From an uncultured bacterium (GTDB taxonomy: Bacteria; Caldisericota; Caldisericia; B22-G15): a stretch of 44,506 nt of DNA. The position numbers and the translations under genes are program-made. The notes under the pieces are model-generated. The model searched no databases and was not told where the DNA came from. It saw only the letters and a list, made by a program, of their open reading frames with translations. Location: positions 1 through 44,506 of the forward strand of contig CBFDTJ010000001.1 in assembly GCA_965612865.1 (NCBI GenBank), in the 5' to 3' direction. Shown here in pieces: positions 18,297-27,293 of this stretch. Position 1 is the stretch's first letter, and each line of letters starts with the position of its first letter.

Positions 18297-18782
18297 ATGG
18301 CTGAAGGAATGTCCTCTATTGTTATATCTGATGAGGATTTAAAAAGAATTGATGATTACCTATCTCAAACTCTTGCGGATTCCCAGGCAAAAAACATTCT
18401 TCTTTCTGATAGATCAGGCCAACTCATAACAAAACATGGGGGTGTGTCAAAGGGAGATGCTTTAAATATTGCTGCTCTTGCAGCAGGCCTCTTCTCTGCA
18501 ACCAACGAGCTTGCAAAACTTCTTGGAGAGAAGGAATTTACTGTCACATTCCATCAAGGTGAAGAGACCAATATTCACATTTCCCTGCTTGTACCCCAGG
18601 TTCTTCTTGTAATTGTGTTTGATAATAGAGCACCAGTGGGAGCAATAAGATTCTGGGCAAAGAAGATAGGAGCCGAAATTGTTCCTTATCTTAAAAATAT
18701 TACTGAAAAACCACCTGAATCTACTATCCAGAAAGAGGAGATGGAATCAGAAGTAGAAAAGAAATTGGATTCCCTCTTCTAA
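18297..18782 (+). CDS. mglB: Roadblock/LC7 domain protein (MglB-like GAP)
   Basis: ..ILLSDRSGQLI..AALAAGLFSATNELAKLLG.. Roadblock fold pattern. It sits immediately upstream of the MglA-like GTPase gene. Confidence 0.75.
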   Translation: MAEGMSSIVISDEDLKRIDDYLSQTLADSQAKNILLSDRSGQLITKHGGVSKGDALNIAALAAGLFSATNELAKLLGEKEFTVTFHQGEETNIHISLLVPQVLLVIVFDNRAPVGAIRFWAKKIGAEIVPYLKNITEKPPESTIQKEEMESEVEKKLDSLF

Positions 18783-18789
18783 TAGAATA

Positions 18790-19374
18790 ATGGCTCTTAT
18801 AAATTATTTTTTAAAAGAAATTACGTTTAAGATAGTCTATTACGGTCCCGCCATGAGCGGGAAAACTACTAATTTGAGGTATATATATAACCATCTTCCT
18901 GAAAAACTTAAAGGAAAGTTTACTTCCATTGCCACAAAGGATGAAAGAACGCTTTTCTTTGACTTTCTTCCCCTTGACCTTGGAAGAATAAAAGGTTTCA
19001 CTGTAAAACTTTCTTTATATACCGTTCCAGGACAGGCAATATATAGCCTTACGAGAAAAACAATTCTTAAAGCAACTGATGGAATAATATTTGTAGCTGA
19101 TTCTCAGAGATATGTAAGAGAAAAGAATATAGAAAGTTTTAGAGATATGGCAGAGAATCTGAAGGAATTTGGTCTTTCCATTGAAAAAATTCCTATAGTT
19201 CTTCAGTACAACAAGAGGGATTTGAGGGATATTTTAAGTGTGGAAGAGTTAAATAATGATTTAAATGAAGGAGGAACGCTCTATCCATACTTTGAGTCTA
19301 TAGCCATTGAGGGGAAGGGTGTGATGGAGTGTCTGAAGGCTATCTCAAAACTGGTGATAAGGAAAGTCTCCTGA
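18790..19374 (+). CDS. mglA: MglA-family Ras-like small GTPase
   Basis: KIVYYGPAMSGKTTNL (P-loop), TVPGQ (G3) and QYNKRD (G4) are MglA signatures. Confidence 0.85.
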   Translation: MALINYFLKEITFKIVYYGPAMSGKTTNLRYIYNHLPEKLKGKFTSIATKDERTLFFDFLPLDLGRIKGFTVKLSLYTVPGQAIYSLTRKTILKATDGIIFVADSQRYVREKNIESFRDMAENLKEFGLSIEKIPIVLQYNKRDLRDILSVEELNNDLNEGGTLYPYFESIAIEGKGVMECLKAISKLVIRKVS

Positions 19375-20661
19375 GGAGGTAAATTCTTTTAATTTCTTAA
19401 TTCCTCTTTCAAACATTCTCTTTCTTCTTTCCTTTTTTGGAAGTTTTTCTTCAATGGGGGGCAAGAGACCAAAATGAGCATTTGTTGGCTGGAAGTCACC
19501 CTCTTTGGATGTTATGTATTTTATTAGAGCTCCTATCATTGTCTCTTCGGGAAAAGTAATGCTTTCCTTACCCTGAAATTTATTGAAGATATTTAATGAC
19601 GCCACAAGGCCTGTGGCTATGTTTTCTGTGTATCCCTCCGAGCCTATAATTTGTCCTGCAAAGAAGACATTCTCTTTTTCTTTTAACTCAAGGTTGATCT
19701 TTAATAGCCTGGGAGAGTTTATAAAGGTATTTCTGTGCATAGAACCGTAAGAGAGAAACTCTGCATTCTTTAAAGCAGGAATCAATCTGAATGCTCTTTT
19801 TTGTTCACCGTATTTAAGTGATGTTTGAAATCCAACAAGGCTAAAGAATGTTTTTTCTTTATTTTCAGGCCTTAGCTGCACAACTGCAAAGGGTCTTTTT
19901 CCCGTTTTTGGGTCTATTAAACCAGTGGGTCTTAAAGGACCAAATCTAAGAGTATCCTTGCCTCTTCTGGCTATTTCTTCAATTGGAAGGCAGGCTTCGA
20001 AAAACTTTCCTTTCTCAAAATCTCTTACCTCAGTTTGCTCTGCATTTATCAGCTCTCTCCAGAAGATTTCATACTCATTTTCATTTAAGGGACAGTTCAG
20101 GTAATCTTTCTCATCTGAGTATCTTCCTCCCCAGAATGCCTTTGAATAGTCTATGGTGGATCCATCCACTATGGGGGCGATAGCGTCATAAAAGTATAAA
20201 AAATCCTCTCCCAAAAATTTTTTTAGATAGAGAGAAAAACTATCTGATGTTAATGGTCCGGTAGCAACAAGAACCGGTCTTTCGTTTGGTAACTCTTTTA
20301 TCTCCTCTCTAACAATCTCAATGTTCTCCATAGATGAAAGTATGGAGGTTATACGCTCAGAAAATTTCTCCCTATCAATTATGAGAGATTTTTTAGATGG
20401 TATGCTCACCTCATAGGCAGTTTTTATAAGGAGTGAGTTTAATAGCTTCAGTTCCTCTTTTATCATTCCCCTACCCCTTGTTACGTCTGTTGAACCAAAT
20501 GAATTTGAGCAAACTATCTCAGAAAGATAACCTGTTTTGTGGGCAGGTGTGAATTTCTTTGGTCTCATCTCAAACAGGGTTACCTTGATTCCTCTTATTG
20601 CAAGTTGAAAAGCAGCTTCACTTCCTGCAAGTCCCCCACCTATTATAATAACTTTCTTCAT
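19345..20661 (-). CDS. trmFO: Methylenetetrahydrofolate-tRNA-(uracil54-C5)-methyltransferase TrmFO
   Basis: MKKVIIIGGGLAGSEAAFQLA.., 438 aa, with the GidA-like fold pattern throughout. Its 3' end overlaps the mglA 3' end by 30 nt (convergent). Confidence 0.88.
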   Translation of the reverse strand: MKKVIIIGGGLAGSEAAFQLAIRGIKVTLFEMRPKKFTPAHKTGYLSEIVCSNSFGSTDVTRGRGMIKEELKLLNSLLIKTAYEVSIPSKKSLIIDREKFSERITSILSSMENIEIVREEIKELPNERPVLVATGPLTSDSFSLYLKKFLGEDFLYFYDAIAPIVDGSTIDYSKAFWGGRYSDEKDYLNCPLNENEYEIFWRELINAEQTEVRDFEKGKFFEACLPIEEIARRGKDTLRFGPLRPTGLIDPKTGKRPFAVVQLRPENKEKTFFSLVGFQTSLKYGEQKRAFRLIPALKNAEFLSYGSMHRNTFINSPRLLKINLELKEKENVFFAGQIIGSEGYTENIATGLVASLNIFNKFQGKESITFPEETMIGALIKYITSKEGDFQPTNAHFGLLPPIEEKLPKKERRKRMFERGIKKLKEFTSSGDFPYHQF

Positions 20662-21503
20662 TTCTTGTGTTCTGTAACTCTACCAAGGAGAATATCAAGA
20701 GCGTGAGATAGAACAGGAACAATAACATCCATACATTCTTTTACTGCTTTCTCAGAGCCGGGAAGATTAATTATAATCATGTCTCCTCTTATCCCAGAAA
20801 TTCCACGAGATAGATACGCCATCTTTGTTATTTTTCCTGTTTCAAATCTTATTAATTCTGGAATACCAGGTATCTCTTTTTCTACTATCTCTTTTGTTGC
20901 TTCAGGGGTTACATCCCTTCTGGAAAAGCCTGTTCCTCCTGTGGTTATAAGGAGGTTTATACCGCTTTTCTCTGCTTCTATCAAGCTTTCTTTTATACTT
21001 TCTTTTTCGTCAGGTACAATCCTGTAGAAAACTACATTAAAACCATTCTCTGTTAAAATTTTTTCTATTGCTTTTCCTGATCTGTCTTCTCTTTCGCCCT
21101 TTGAACCTTTATCACTTACAGTGAGTACGCCTGACCATATATCATCAGCATCAATTTCCACAGTGACCCTGTCACCGTCTCTGAGATTTAGTTTCTCTCG
21201 TAAGGGAACATCTGATACTATCTCCAGTACATCTTCATGTTTTGTTTTCTCAGGAAGAACTATATGACAATCCATGTTGTTCAACTTACATGGTGACAGG
21301 AATATACTGCCAAAGCCAGAAAATCCTTTAATGATTTTTCTCTCTTTAAATTTTATATTTTTAACCTTTAAAGGTGTCCTAATATTTAGAGTTCCATTAA
21401 ATACATCTATTCCTAAAACATCCTTTATTCTTTCTTTGTATATTTTAATGTACTTTTCTCCCTCTTTTATTCCGCTGGTTACTTTTCCAGTTATTCTCTT
21501 CAT
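20658..21503 (-). CDS. Fusion protein: archaeal-type CTP-dependent riboflavin kinase (RibK/DUF120) N-domain + MogA/MoaB molybdopterin adenylyltransferase-family C-domain
   Basis: Residues 1 to about 125 match M. jannaschii RibK by eye: GKVTSGIKEGEKY..FNGTLNI.. and HIVLPEKTKHEDVLEIVSDVPLREKLNLRDGDRVTVEI vs [39 protein letters not shown]. The C-half has LTVSDKGSKGEREDRSG..LLITTGGTGFSRRDVTPEAT.. Confidence 0.75.
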   Translation of the reverse strand: MKRITGKVTSGIKEGEKYIKIYKERIKDVLGIDVFNGTLNIRTPLKVKNIKFKERKIIKGFSGFGSIFLSPCKLNNMDCHIVLPEKTKHEDVLEIVSDVPLREKLNLRDGDRVTVEIDADDIWSGVLTVSDKGSKGEREDRSGKAIEKILTENGFNVVFYRIVPDEKESIKESLIEAEKSGINLLITTGGTGFSRRDVTPEATKEIVEKEIPGIPELIRFETGKITKMAYLSRGISGIRGDMIIINLPGSEKAVKECMDVIVPVLSHALDILLGRVTEHKK

Positions 21504-22873
21504 ACCTCGTCTCTCGAGATAGGATTTTCTATGCTTGTGCCGAAGGGAAGGCTTGGTTTTTTTCCATTTATGGAAATATCAAGTTTACCAATGTTTAATG
21601 CATCAGTAAAGGTGTAGACAAGCTCCTTTAAAAACAATCTTTCTTTTGTTTTAGAGTCAATGAAGGAAAGGTCTACTTTAACATCTATTTTAAGGGTTTC
21701 TCCTTCTAATGAATGGGATATGATTTTAGCAGATTTCGGTATAAATGTTTCAAGCCCAGCTGGTGGATTCTTTAATCCATTAAATATAGTATTAACGCCG
21801 TCTTCTTCTTCCTTTGTAAATTTTGTGGTAGGTGTTATGAAGTATTTATCCTTGATTTTATATATATAGTAGACAGGATATCCAATCATACCTTCAGGGG
21901 GCGGGTTTAGATCGAAATACCATCTTGTTAGAGGCTTACTCGTATCAAAATTACCTCCGATGGTATCCTGGACCTCTCCATCTACTAAAAATAGAACCCT
22001 ATTTATACCTGGAATTTCAGTCATGGATAAAATTATAGAGTACATAAAAGCATTTTCAGAGGCAGATCCAAATCCCGTGTAGGATAAAATATCAGAAGTA
22101 AAATCCAGTGTCAGCACATCTCCTTCGATTCTAATATCCTTTAAATTTGCAATCTTTGGGACTGTGGGGATGAGGTAATCTTTATATATTCCAGAAGGTC
22201 CGGATTTTAATTTATCAAAAACTATTCTTGCCCACCTGATTCTATCCTCAGGTTCTGGAATTTCACTCTCATAGAGTATCGGGAAGGTTGTATTTTTGTC
22301 AAAGAAATAAATAATTGCCTTTCTGCCTTGAGGAAGAGAAGAGGTAAGCATATTAAGAGGTTCTGATATAGACACAGAATCCCAATAGAAATTATCAGGT
22401 TTGTCATTTATTAGAATTTGAACCTTCCTTAATGGTGTATTAGCCACTATACTGTTTACAATGCAGTAGAGTGATGCTGCTTCACCTGATATTCCAGATA
22501 GTACTCTATTTTTAATCTCTTCAGAAAAGGAGACAATAGCTATATCTTCCTTGGTTTCAACACCCATGATCTTTGTATTGGGATCTACAACCCTTGAAAG
22601 ATTACTATTTCTGGGTCCCTTTACTATTTCAAGACATATCCTCTTTATTTTTTCCTCTATATGAGAAAATTTTGGGATTGTATGTCTTTCCCATACGAGT
22701 TCTTTAGAATCCTCCTCATAAAAGTATATTTTGACTGATTCATTACCTCTGGAGAAAAGGTTAATATTGAGAACCCTTAATGAGACAAGAACCACAATAA
22801 CAAATATGAGCAGGAACACAAAAGCTAAGCGTCTTGAACTATCTCTCTTTCTTTTTATATTTCTCTTTCTCAT
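21500..22873 (-). CDS. Membrane-anchored protein with two GerMN (germane) domains
   Basis: N-terminal TM helix, then two repeats of the pattern (V/I)YF(Y/F)..........(L/I)..(G/S)P. Confidence 0.6.
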   Translation of the reverse strand: MRKRNIKRKRDSSRRLAFVFLLIFVIVVLVSLRVLNINLFSRGNESVKIYFYEEDSKELVWERHTIPKFSHIEEKIKRICLEIVKGPRNSNLSRVVDPNTKIMGVETKEDIAIVSFSEEIKNRVLSGISGEAASLYCIVNSIVANTPLRKVQILINDKPDNFYWDSVSISEPLNMLTSSLPQGRKAIIYFFDKNTTFPILYESEIPEPEDRIRWARIVFDKLKSGPSGIYKDYLIPTVPKIANLKDIRIEGDVLTLDFTSDILSYTGFGSASENAFMYSIILSMTEIPGINRVLFLVDGEVQDTIGGNFDTSKPLTRWYFDLNPPPEGMIGYPVYYIYKIKDKYFITPTTKFTKEEEDGVNTIFNGLKNPPAGLETFIPKSAKIISHSLEGETLKIDVKVDLSFIDSKTKERLFLKELVYTFTDALNIGKLDISINGKKPSLPFGTSIENPISRDEV

Positions 22874-22876
22874 CCA

Positions 22877-24046
22877 TTAAATTATAACACCAAAGGATTT
22901 TAGAGATAGATAAATAAGAAATATACCAAGTATAAGAAAGAGGATTGAAGTTGCCAGTTTCACCTTCCCTACATTCTCTCTCATCAATCTTCCAAGATCT
23001 CTATTAGACATACCAAAGTAGACACCGGTAAAGATAAGTATTAAAGGTAGAACAAACATGAAATTGTAAAGCACAAACATTAATAGAGCTTTAACCCTGA
23101 GCTCCGGGATTCCAATTATATAGACTATGGTTGGTAGATAAGTTTGTCCTGTACATAAGAATTCTATTAGAGAAACCGGGAATGCCACAAGGAAGGCAGT
23201 AACTACGATTAAGGAGGATTTTGGTTGTTTCTTTATAATCTCCCTTGCCCCCTTTTTAAAAAATTTCGGTAATTGAAGAGAAATTTCTTCTCCTTTGCCT
23301 TTTTTAATCTTTATATAATCTACAAAAGAAAAAAGAGAGAGAGTTATCACAAGAATTGCAGAGATAAGATAAATAATTTTTGAGATTATTCCAATAAAGG
23401 AAATTTTGAGTATTACCCTGAATAGACCCAAGCCAGACAGAAGATAGGCAAGGAAGACACCCAGTGTAAAAGATATACCGGTTAATAGAATTTCTTTCCT
23501 ACCCCGTTTTTGAGTAAGTAGAAATGTTATAAAGAATATTAAAACTGCAAAGGCACACGGATTTATTCCATCAATTAACCCTGCCACCATAACCATAAAA
23601 GGACCAAATGTTTCAAAATATCTTCTGATTTTTTCTCTTCCGCTTATGCTTGATGAAGCTGCTTCAAGTAAGAACTGGGTATCCTCAGGTGAGTAGTCCC
23701 TGATTCTATTTAAGAGGTTCTCCTTTATCTTTTCTTCTCCTACAAGAGCAGTTTTTCCAATAAAAACTGCTGGAACAACCCCCCTCTCTTTTTTATCCAC
23801 TCTGTATATTTCGTCAAGTTTTGCTCTAAGCTCCTGATTTTTTTTCTCTGCTATATTAAACTTTGTGATCTTTATCCTCTTATCTGACAATGCAAGGTGT
23901 TCAAGATAGGGACCCACCCTTCCACATTCTGGACAGCCTTCTATGTAGAAGTAATAGACAAGTATATCAGAATTAAGTGAGAAAATTTTCACTTGAGGAA
24001 TTAAAAAAAATAAAAAGACAAAGGCTATTAGTATATATTTTTTCAT
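22877..24046 (-). CDS. Thioredoxin-like (CPEC) domain fused to a DsbD/CcdA-like transmembrane thiol-electron transporter
   Basis: Signal peptide, YFYIEGCPECGRV, then a polytopic domain with GINPCAF and EFLCTGQTYLP Cys-containing helices. Confidence 0.6.
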   Translation of the reverse strand: MKKYILIAFVFLFFLIPQVKIFSLNSDILVYYFYIEGCPECGRVGPYLEHLALSDKRIKITKFNIAEKKNQELRAKLDEIYRVDKKERGVVPAVFIGKTALVGEEKIKENLLNRIRDYSPEDTQFLLEAASSSISGREKIRRYFETFGPFMVMVAGLIDGINPCAFAVLIFFITFLLTQKRGRKEILLTGISFTLGVFLAYLLSGLGLFRVILKISFIGIISKIIYLISAILVITLSLFSFVDYIKIKKGKGEEISLQLPKFFKKGAREIIKKQPKSSLIVVTAFLVAFPVSLIEFLCTGQTYLPTIVYIIGIPELRVKALLMFVLYNFMFVLPLILIFTGVYFGMSNRDLGRLMRENVGKVKLATSILFLILGIFLIYLSLKSFGVII

Positions 24047-25059
24047 AATCCTAGGAATTCCTTGAGTTTCTCCTCTATGTTTTTAAATGTAGGACTTCCA
24101 TGGAACATAATTGTTCCATCTGGATCTACAAACATGACCCTTGGAGTGAACTCCATTGTAAGTTTTTTTACAAGTTCCCTCTTTGTATCAATTACTATTC
24201 TCATATAATCTATGTTTTTGGAATCTCCATACTCTTCAAGGGTTTTATCTTTGGATGTTACTGATATAAAAAGATAATTAACCTTTCCTTTCTTTATATA
24301 TCTGGAGAGTATATCATCGAATTCGTGTGTATGTCTTATACAGGAACCACATGTGGCGTTTGTTGATACTATTATGAGTTTCTTTCCTTTTAAATCCTTA
24401 CTCTTTATTTTATTTCCATCTATGTCTACTGTCTCAAATTCAGGTAATTTATCACCTGTTCTGAGGATTTTATGTTCTTCCTCTTCGTTTGACTTAAGAC
24501 TTTTGTATGCGGTAACTCCGTAATTATCTATATAAGAGAGAGCAGCCACCTCTTTTATTTTGTCCCGAATCAATACAGAAACCTCTCCTTCCTCTACTGG
24601 AAGAGGAACAGGCTTTGCAAGAAGATCTTTGTAGTCCTTTCCTTCAAAGTTTTTAAAGAATGAATCCCAATTCACATTACTCGATGTTAATATTTCATTC
24701 ATGGGTAGAATTTTTAATATTTTTCCGTTGGAGTCAAAGGCCACAAGGAGTTTAATTTCGTTGTTCTTGTTCTTCAAAGAAAGATGCTTTATTGTAATTA
24801 CTGTCGTTTTTCCAAGAAAGGTGTTGTTCTTATTTACTATGGTATCAAAACTTGCGCCAATATCTGGTTTCTCAGGAAGATTTACTGCTTTTGTTTTATA
24901 CACAGATACATCTTTTCCAAACACCAAGTTCAAAGCTTTCTCATAGGATAGATTTTTCTTAAAGATTAGTGGAATAGTTATAATTAAAAGAAAAGCTAAG
25001 ATGATAACCAAAGACACAATAAAATAGGTTTTTACAGGGTTTTTTGTTTTCTTCTTCAT
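24043..25059 (-). CDS. TlpA/ResA-like extracytoplasmic thiol:disulfide oxidoreductase with an extra N-terminal domain
   Basis: TM anchor and a C-terminal redoxin domain with LIIVSTNATCGSCIRH (CxxC). It overlaps the downstream DsbD-like gene by 4 nt. Confidence 0.6.
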   Translation of the reverse strand: MKKKTKNPVKTYFIVSLVIILAFLLIITIPLIFKKNLSYEKALNLVFGKDVSVYKTKAVNLPEKPDIGASFDTIVNKNNTFLGKTTVITIKHLSLKNKNNEIKLLVAFDSNGKILKILPMNEILTSSNVNWDSFFKNFEGKDYKDLLAKPVPLPVEEGEVSVLIRDKIKEVAALSYIDNYGVTAYKSLKSNEEEEHKILRTGDKLPEFETVDIDGNKIKSKDLKGKKLIIVSTNATCGSCIRHTHEFDDILSRYIKKGKVNYLFISVTSKDKTLEEYGDSKNIDYMRIVIDTKRELVKKLTMEFTPRVMFVDPDGTIMFHGSPTFKNIEEKLKEFLGL

Positions 25060-25072
25060 CTTTCACCTCCTG

Positions 25073-26236
25073 TTATCCATCAAGAAAAGAAACTATCTTT
25101 GTCGGCTTACCCTCCTTTATATACACTCTTGGCACAGATTTACTTATTCTGGACACTATCTCGTAGTTTATTGTATCAAGTTTTTCTGCTATCTCTGTAG
25201 CAGTAATTTCCTCCTCTCCATCTCTTCCAATGATTGTTACTTCATCTCCAACTCTTAAGTCTGGAATTTCAGTTACATCTATCATAAATTTCCCCATGCA
25301 GACTCTACCTGCAACTCTAACTCGTTTTCCCCTTACAATTACCTCTCCAATATTTGTTAACGCCCTGGGATAACCGTCAGAATATCCCATAGGGATAGTG
25401 GCTATAATACTCTCTCTCTGTGTATAGAATTTTCTTCCATAACTTATAGGTGTTCCCTTATCAACTCTCTTTAAGAAGACTATTTTTGCTCTAATACTCA
25501 TAACTGGATGCAGTTTTATCTCCCTAACAAACGACGAAGGTCTTAATCCATAAAGCATTATTCCAACTCTTACTCCATCAAGAGAAAACTTCGGAAGATC
25601 AATTACGGTGGCAGAATTTCCTATGTGTTTCAGTGGTATTTCAATTCCTTCTTTTTCAAGTTTATCTACAACATACATAAATCTTTTAAATTGCTCTTCT
25701 GTAAAGGACTTGTCCTCTTCATCAGCTGTGGAAAAATGGGAGTATAAACCTTCTATCTCAATATTTTTTAATTTTTTTATTTCTTTTATAAATTCAACGG
25801 AGTCTTTATAGGGAATTCCCAACCTTCCCATTCCTGTATCTATTTTTATGTGAACCTTAATTTTTTCCCCGTATGTTTCAAGGAATTTCTCCAGTTCCTC
25901 TGCAAAATCAAAGGAAAGAATTGTTGGTGTAAGGGAAAATTCAACTATGTAGTTTACCTGTTTTGGAAATACATATCCCATTATAAGTATTGGTTTCTCT
26001 ATGCCCTCACTTCTTAGCTCTACTCCCTCCTCAAGGTTCCTTACAGCAAGATAATCTGCTCCAAGATTCTCCAGTTCCTTTGCTATTTCTACAGAACCAT
26101 GTCCATAGGCATTACTTTTTACAACGGCTATAAGCTTTCTTTTTCCTATTATTTTTCTAACTGTTTTATAGTTCTTTTTAAGGTTATCAAGATTTATTTC
26201 AGCCCAGACAGGCCTTAAAAGAACTTCGTTTTTCAT
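25073..26236 (-). CDS. alr: Alanine racemase
   Basis: AVVKSNAYGHG (PLP Lys motif), 387 aa, and the C-terminal beta domain with the YGR.. pattern. Confidence 0.9.
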   Translation of the reverse strand: MKNEVLLRPVWAEINLDNLKKNYKTVRKIIGKRKLIAVVKSNAYGHGSVEIAKELENLGADYLAVRNLEEGVELRSEGIEKPILIMGYVFPKQVNYIVEFSLTPTILSFDFAEELEKFLETYGEKIKVHIKIDTGMGRLGIPYKDSVEFIKEIKKLKNIEIEGLYSHFSTADEEDKSFTEEQFKRFMYVVDKLEKEGIEIPLKHIGNSATVIDLPKFSLDGVRVGIMLYGLRPSSFVREIKLHPVMSIRAKIVFLKRVDKGTPISYGRKFYTQRESIIATIPMGYSDGYPRALTNIGEVIVRGKRVRVAGRVCMGKFMIDVTEIPDLRVGDEVTIIGRDGEEEITATEIAEKLDTINYEIVSRISKSVPRVYIKEGKPTKIVSFLDG

Positions 26237-27246
26237 GGGTTCACTACATATGTGTATTCATCAAAGTAGAGGTCTCTTTCCCAGTCCACCTCTCCTTTGA
26301 TTTTTATTACTTTTTCTCCAACAAGTTCTACCCTGAATAGGTGGGAATTGTACCACAAAGTTTTAGGGTTCCCTAATTTGAAAGGATTTTCCTTTATTAT
26401 AGGTAAGTCACTCTCCAGTATGTCACCCTCTCCAAGAATGTAGTAGGAGAATTTTCTTACAACATCTGTTATAACAAGGTTCATTTCAAGAAGAGACTTC
26501 TCAATTGCATGCCACTTTTTCATATCCGATTCTATGGTTGTTAGTCCAAAATAGCCAGAACTCCCTGTCCCTTTTACTCCTTCAAGAAGTCTCGAGATAA
26601 ACAGCTCTATTCCTTTTACCGTTTCAACAGGATCTGTGAAAAATACATCAAATTTTCCTTTTAATTCCTCTGGTATTTCCCACCTTGCATCGTATCTTAT
26701 AGCTTTAAGTTTGTTTAATTTCCTCTCTTTGGTAACTTTATTTATGAAATTTACAAGCCGTTCATCAACCTCAAGTACTACTATTTCTTCCGGGAGTTTT
26801 GATAATGCAAATAGAATCCCCATAAGATCATCATCACCAAGTATAAGTATCTTTTTCTTATATATATCTCCCCTCTCCAGCATATAAAGCATTCTTGCAA
26901 GGGCAGTGTCAGAATCGACAATGCCTTGATCGTATAAAGTTGTAGGTTTTGGTCTTTCCTTTGCAATGTTGTCATATTCCTTAATTAGATCTTTCCACTG
27001 GTTTTTTCTGTCAACCACCCCTCTTCCTTTGCATTCGCTGCATCTATAAGAAGCGAAGGCAATTTCTGGTATAGAATCCTTTACATAAAATTTCTCATTT
27101 CTCTCCTCTATTATTCCCTCTTTTGTTAATATTCCTATGGCTTCTATCACTTCTTTTGCAGAATAGTTTGAAAAGGATATGATGTTCCAGAAATCATTTC
27201 CTCCTCTTGAAAGGAATCTTATTATTTCTTCTTTTACTCTCTCCAT
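26233..27246 (-). CDS. bpsA: N4-bis(aminopropyl)spermidine synthase-like protein (BpsA / DUF43 family)
   Basis: N-terminal winged-helix-like region, CSECKGRG knuckle, ILILGDDDLMG and FFTDPVET (DPP-type aminopropyl/methyltransferase motif). Confidence 0.65.
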   Translation of the reverse strand: MERVKEEIIRFLSRGGNDFWNIISFSNYSAKEVIEAIGILTKEGIIEERNEKFYVKDSIPEIAFASYRCSECKGRGVVDRKNQWKDLIKEYDNIAKERPKPTTLYDQGIVDSDTALARMLYMLERGDIYKKKILILGDDDLMGILFALSKLPEEIVVLEVDERLVNFINKVTKERKLNKLKAIRYDARWEIPEELKGKFDVFFTDPVETVKGIELFISRLLEGVKGTGSSGYFGLTTIESDMKKWHAIEKSLLEMNLVITDVVRKFSYYILGEGDILESDLPIIKENPFKLGNPKTLWYNSHLFRVELVGEKVIKIKGEVDWERDLYFDEYTYVVNP

Positions 27247-27279
27247 TTATTCCTCCTTTTTTATATCCTTACAGGAAAA

Positions 27280-27288
27280 ATTATAACA
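27280..27288 (-). promoter_or_regulatory. Candidate extended -10 promoter element upstream of bpsA-alr
   Basis: The minus strand reads TGTTATAAT (TGnTATAAT) 33 nt upstream of the bpsA ATG, which has a GGAGGA SD. Confidence 0.35.
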
Positions 27289-27293
27289 TAAGG

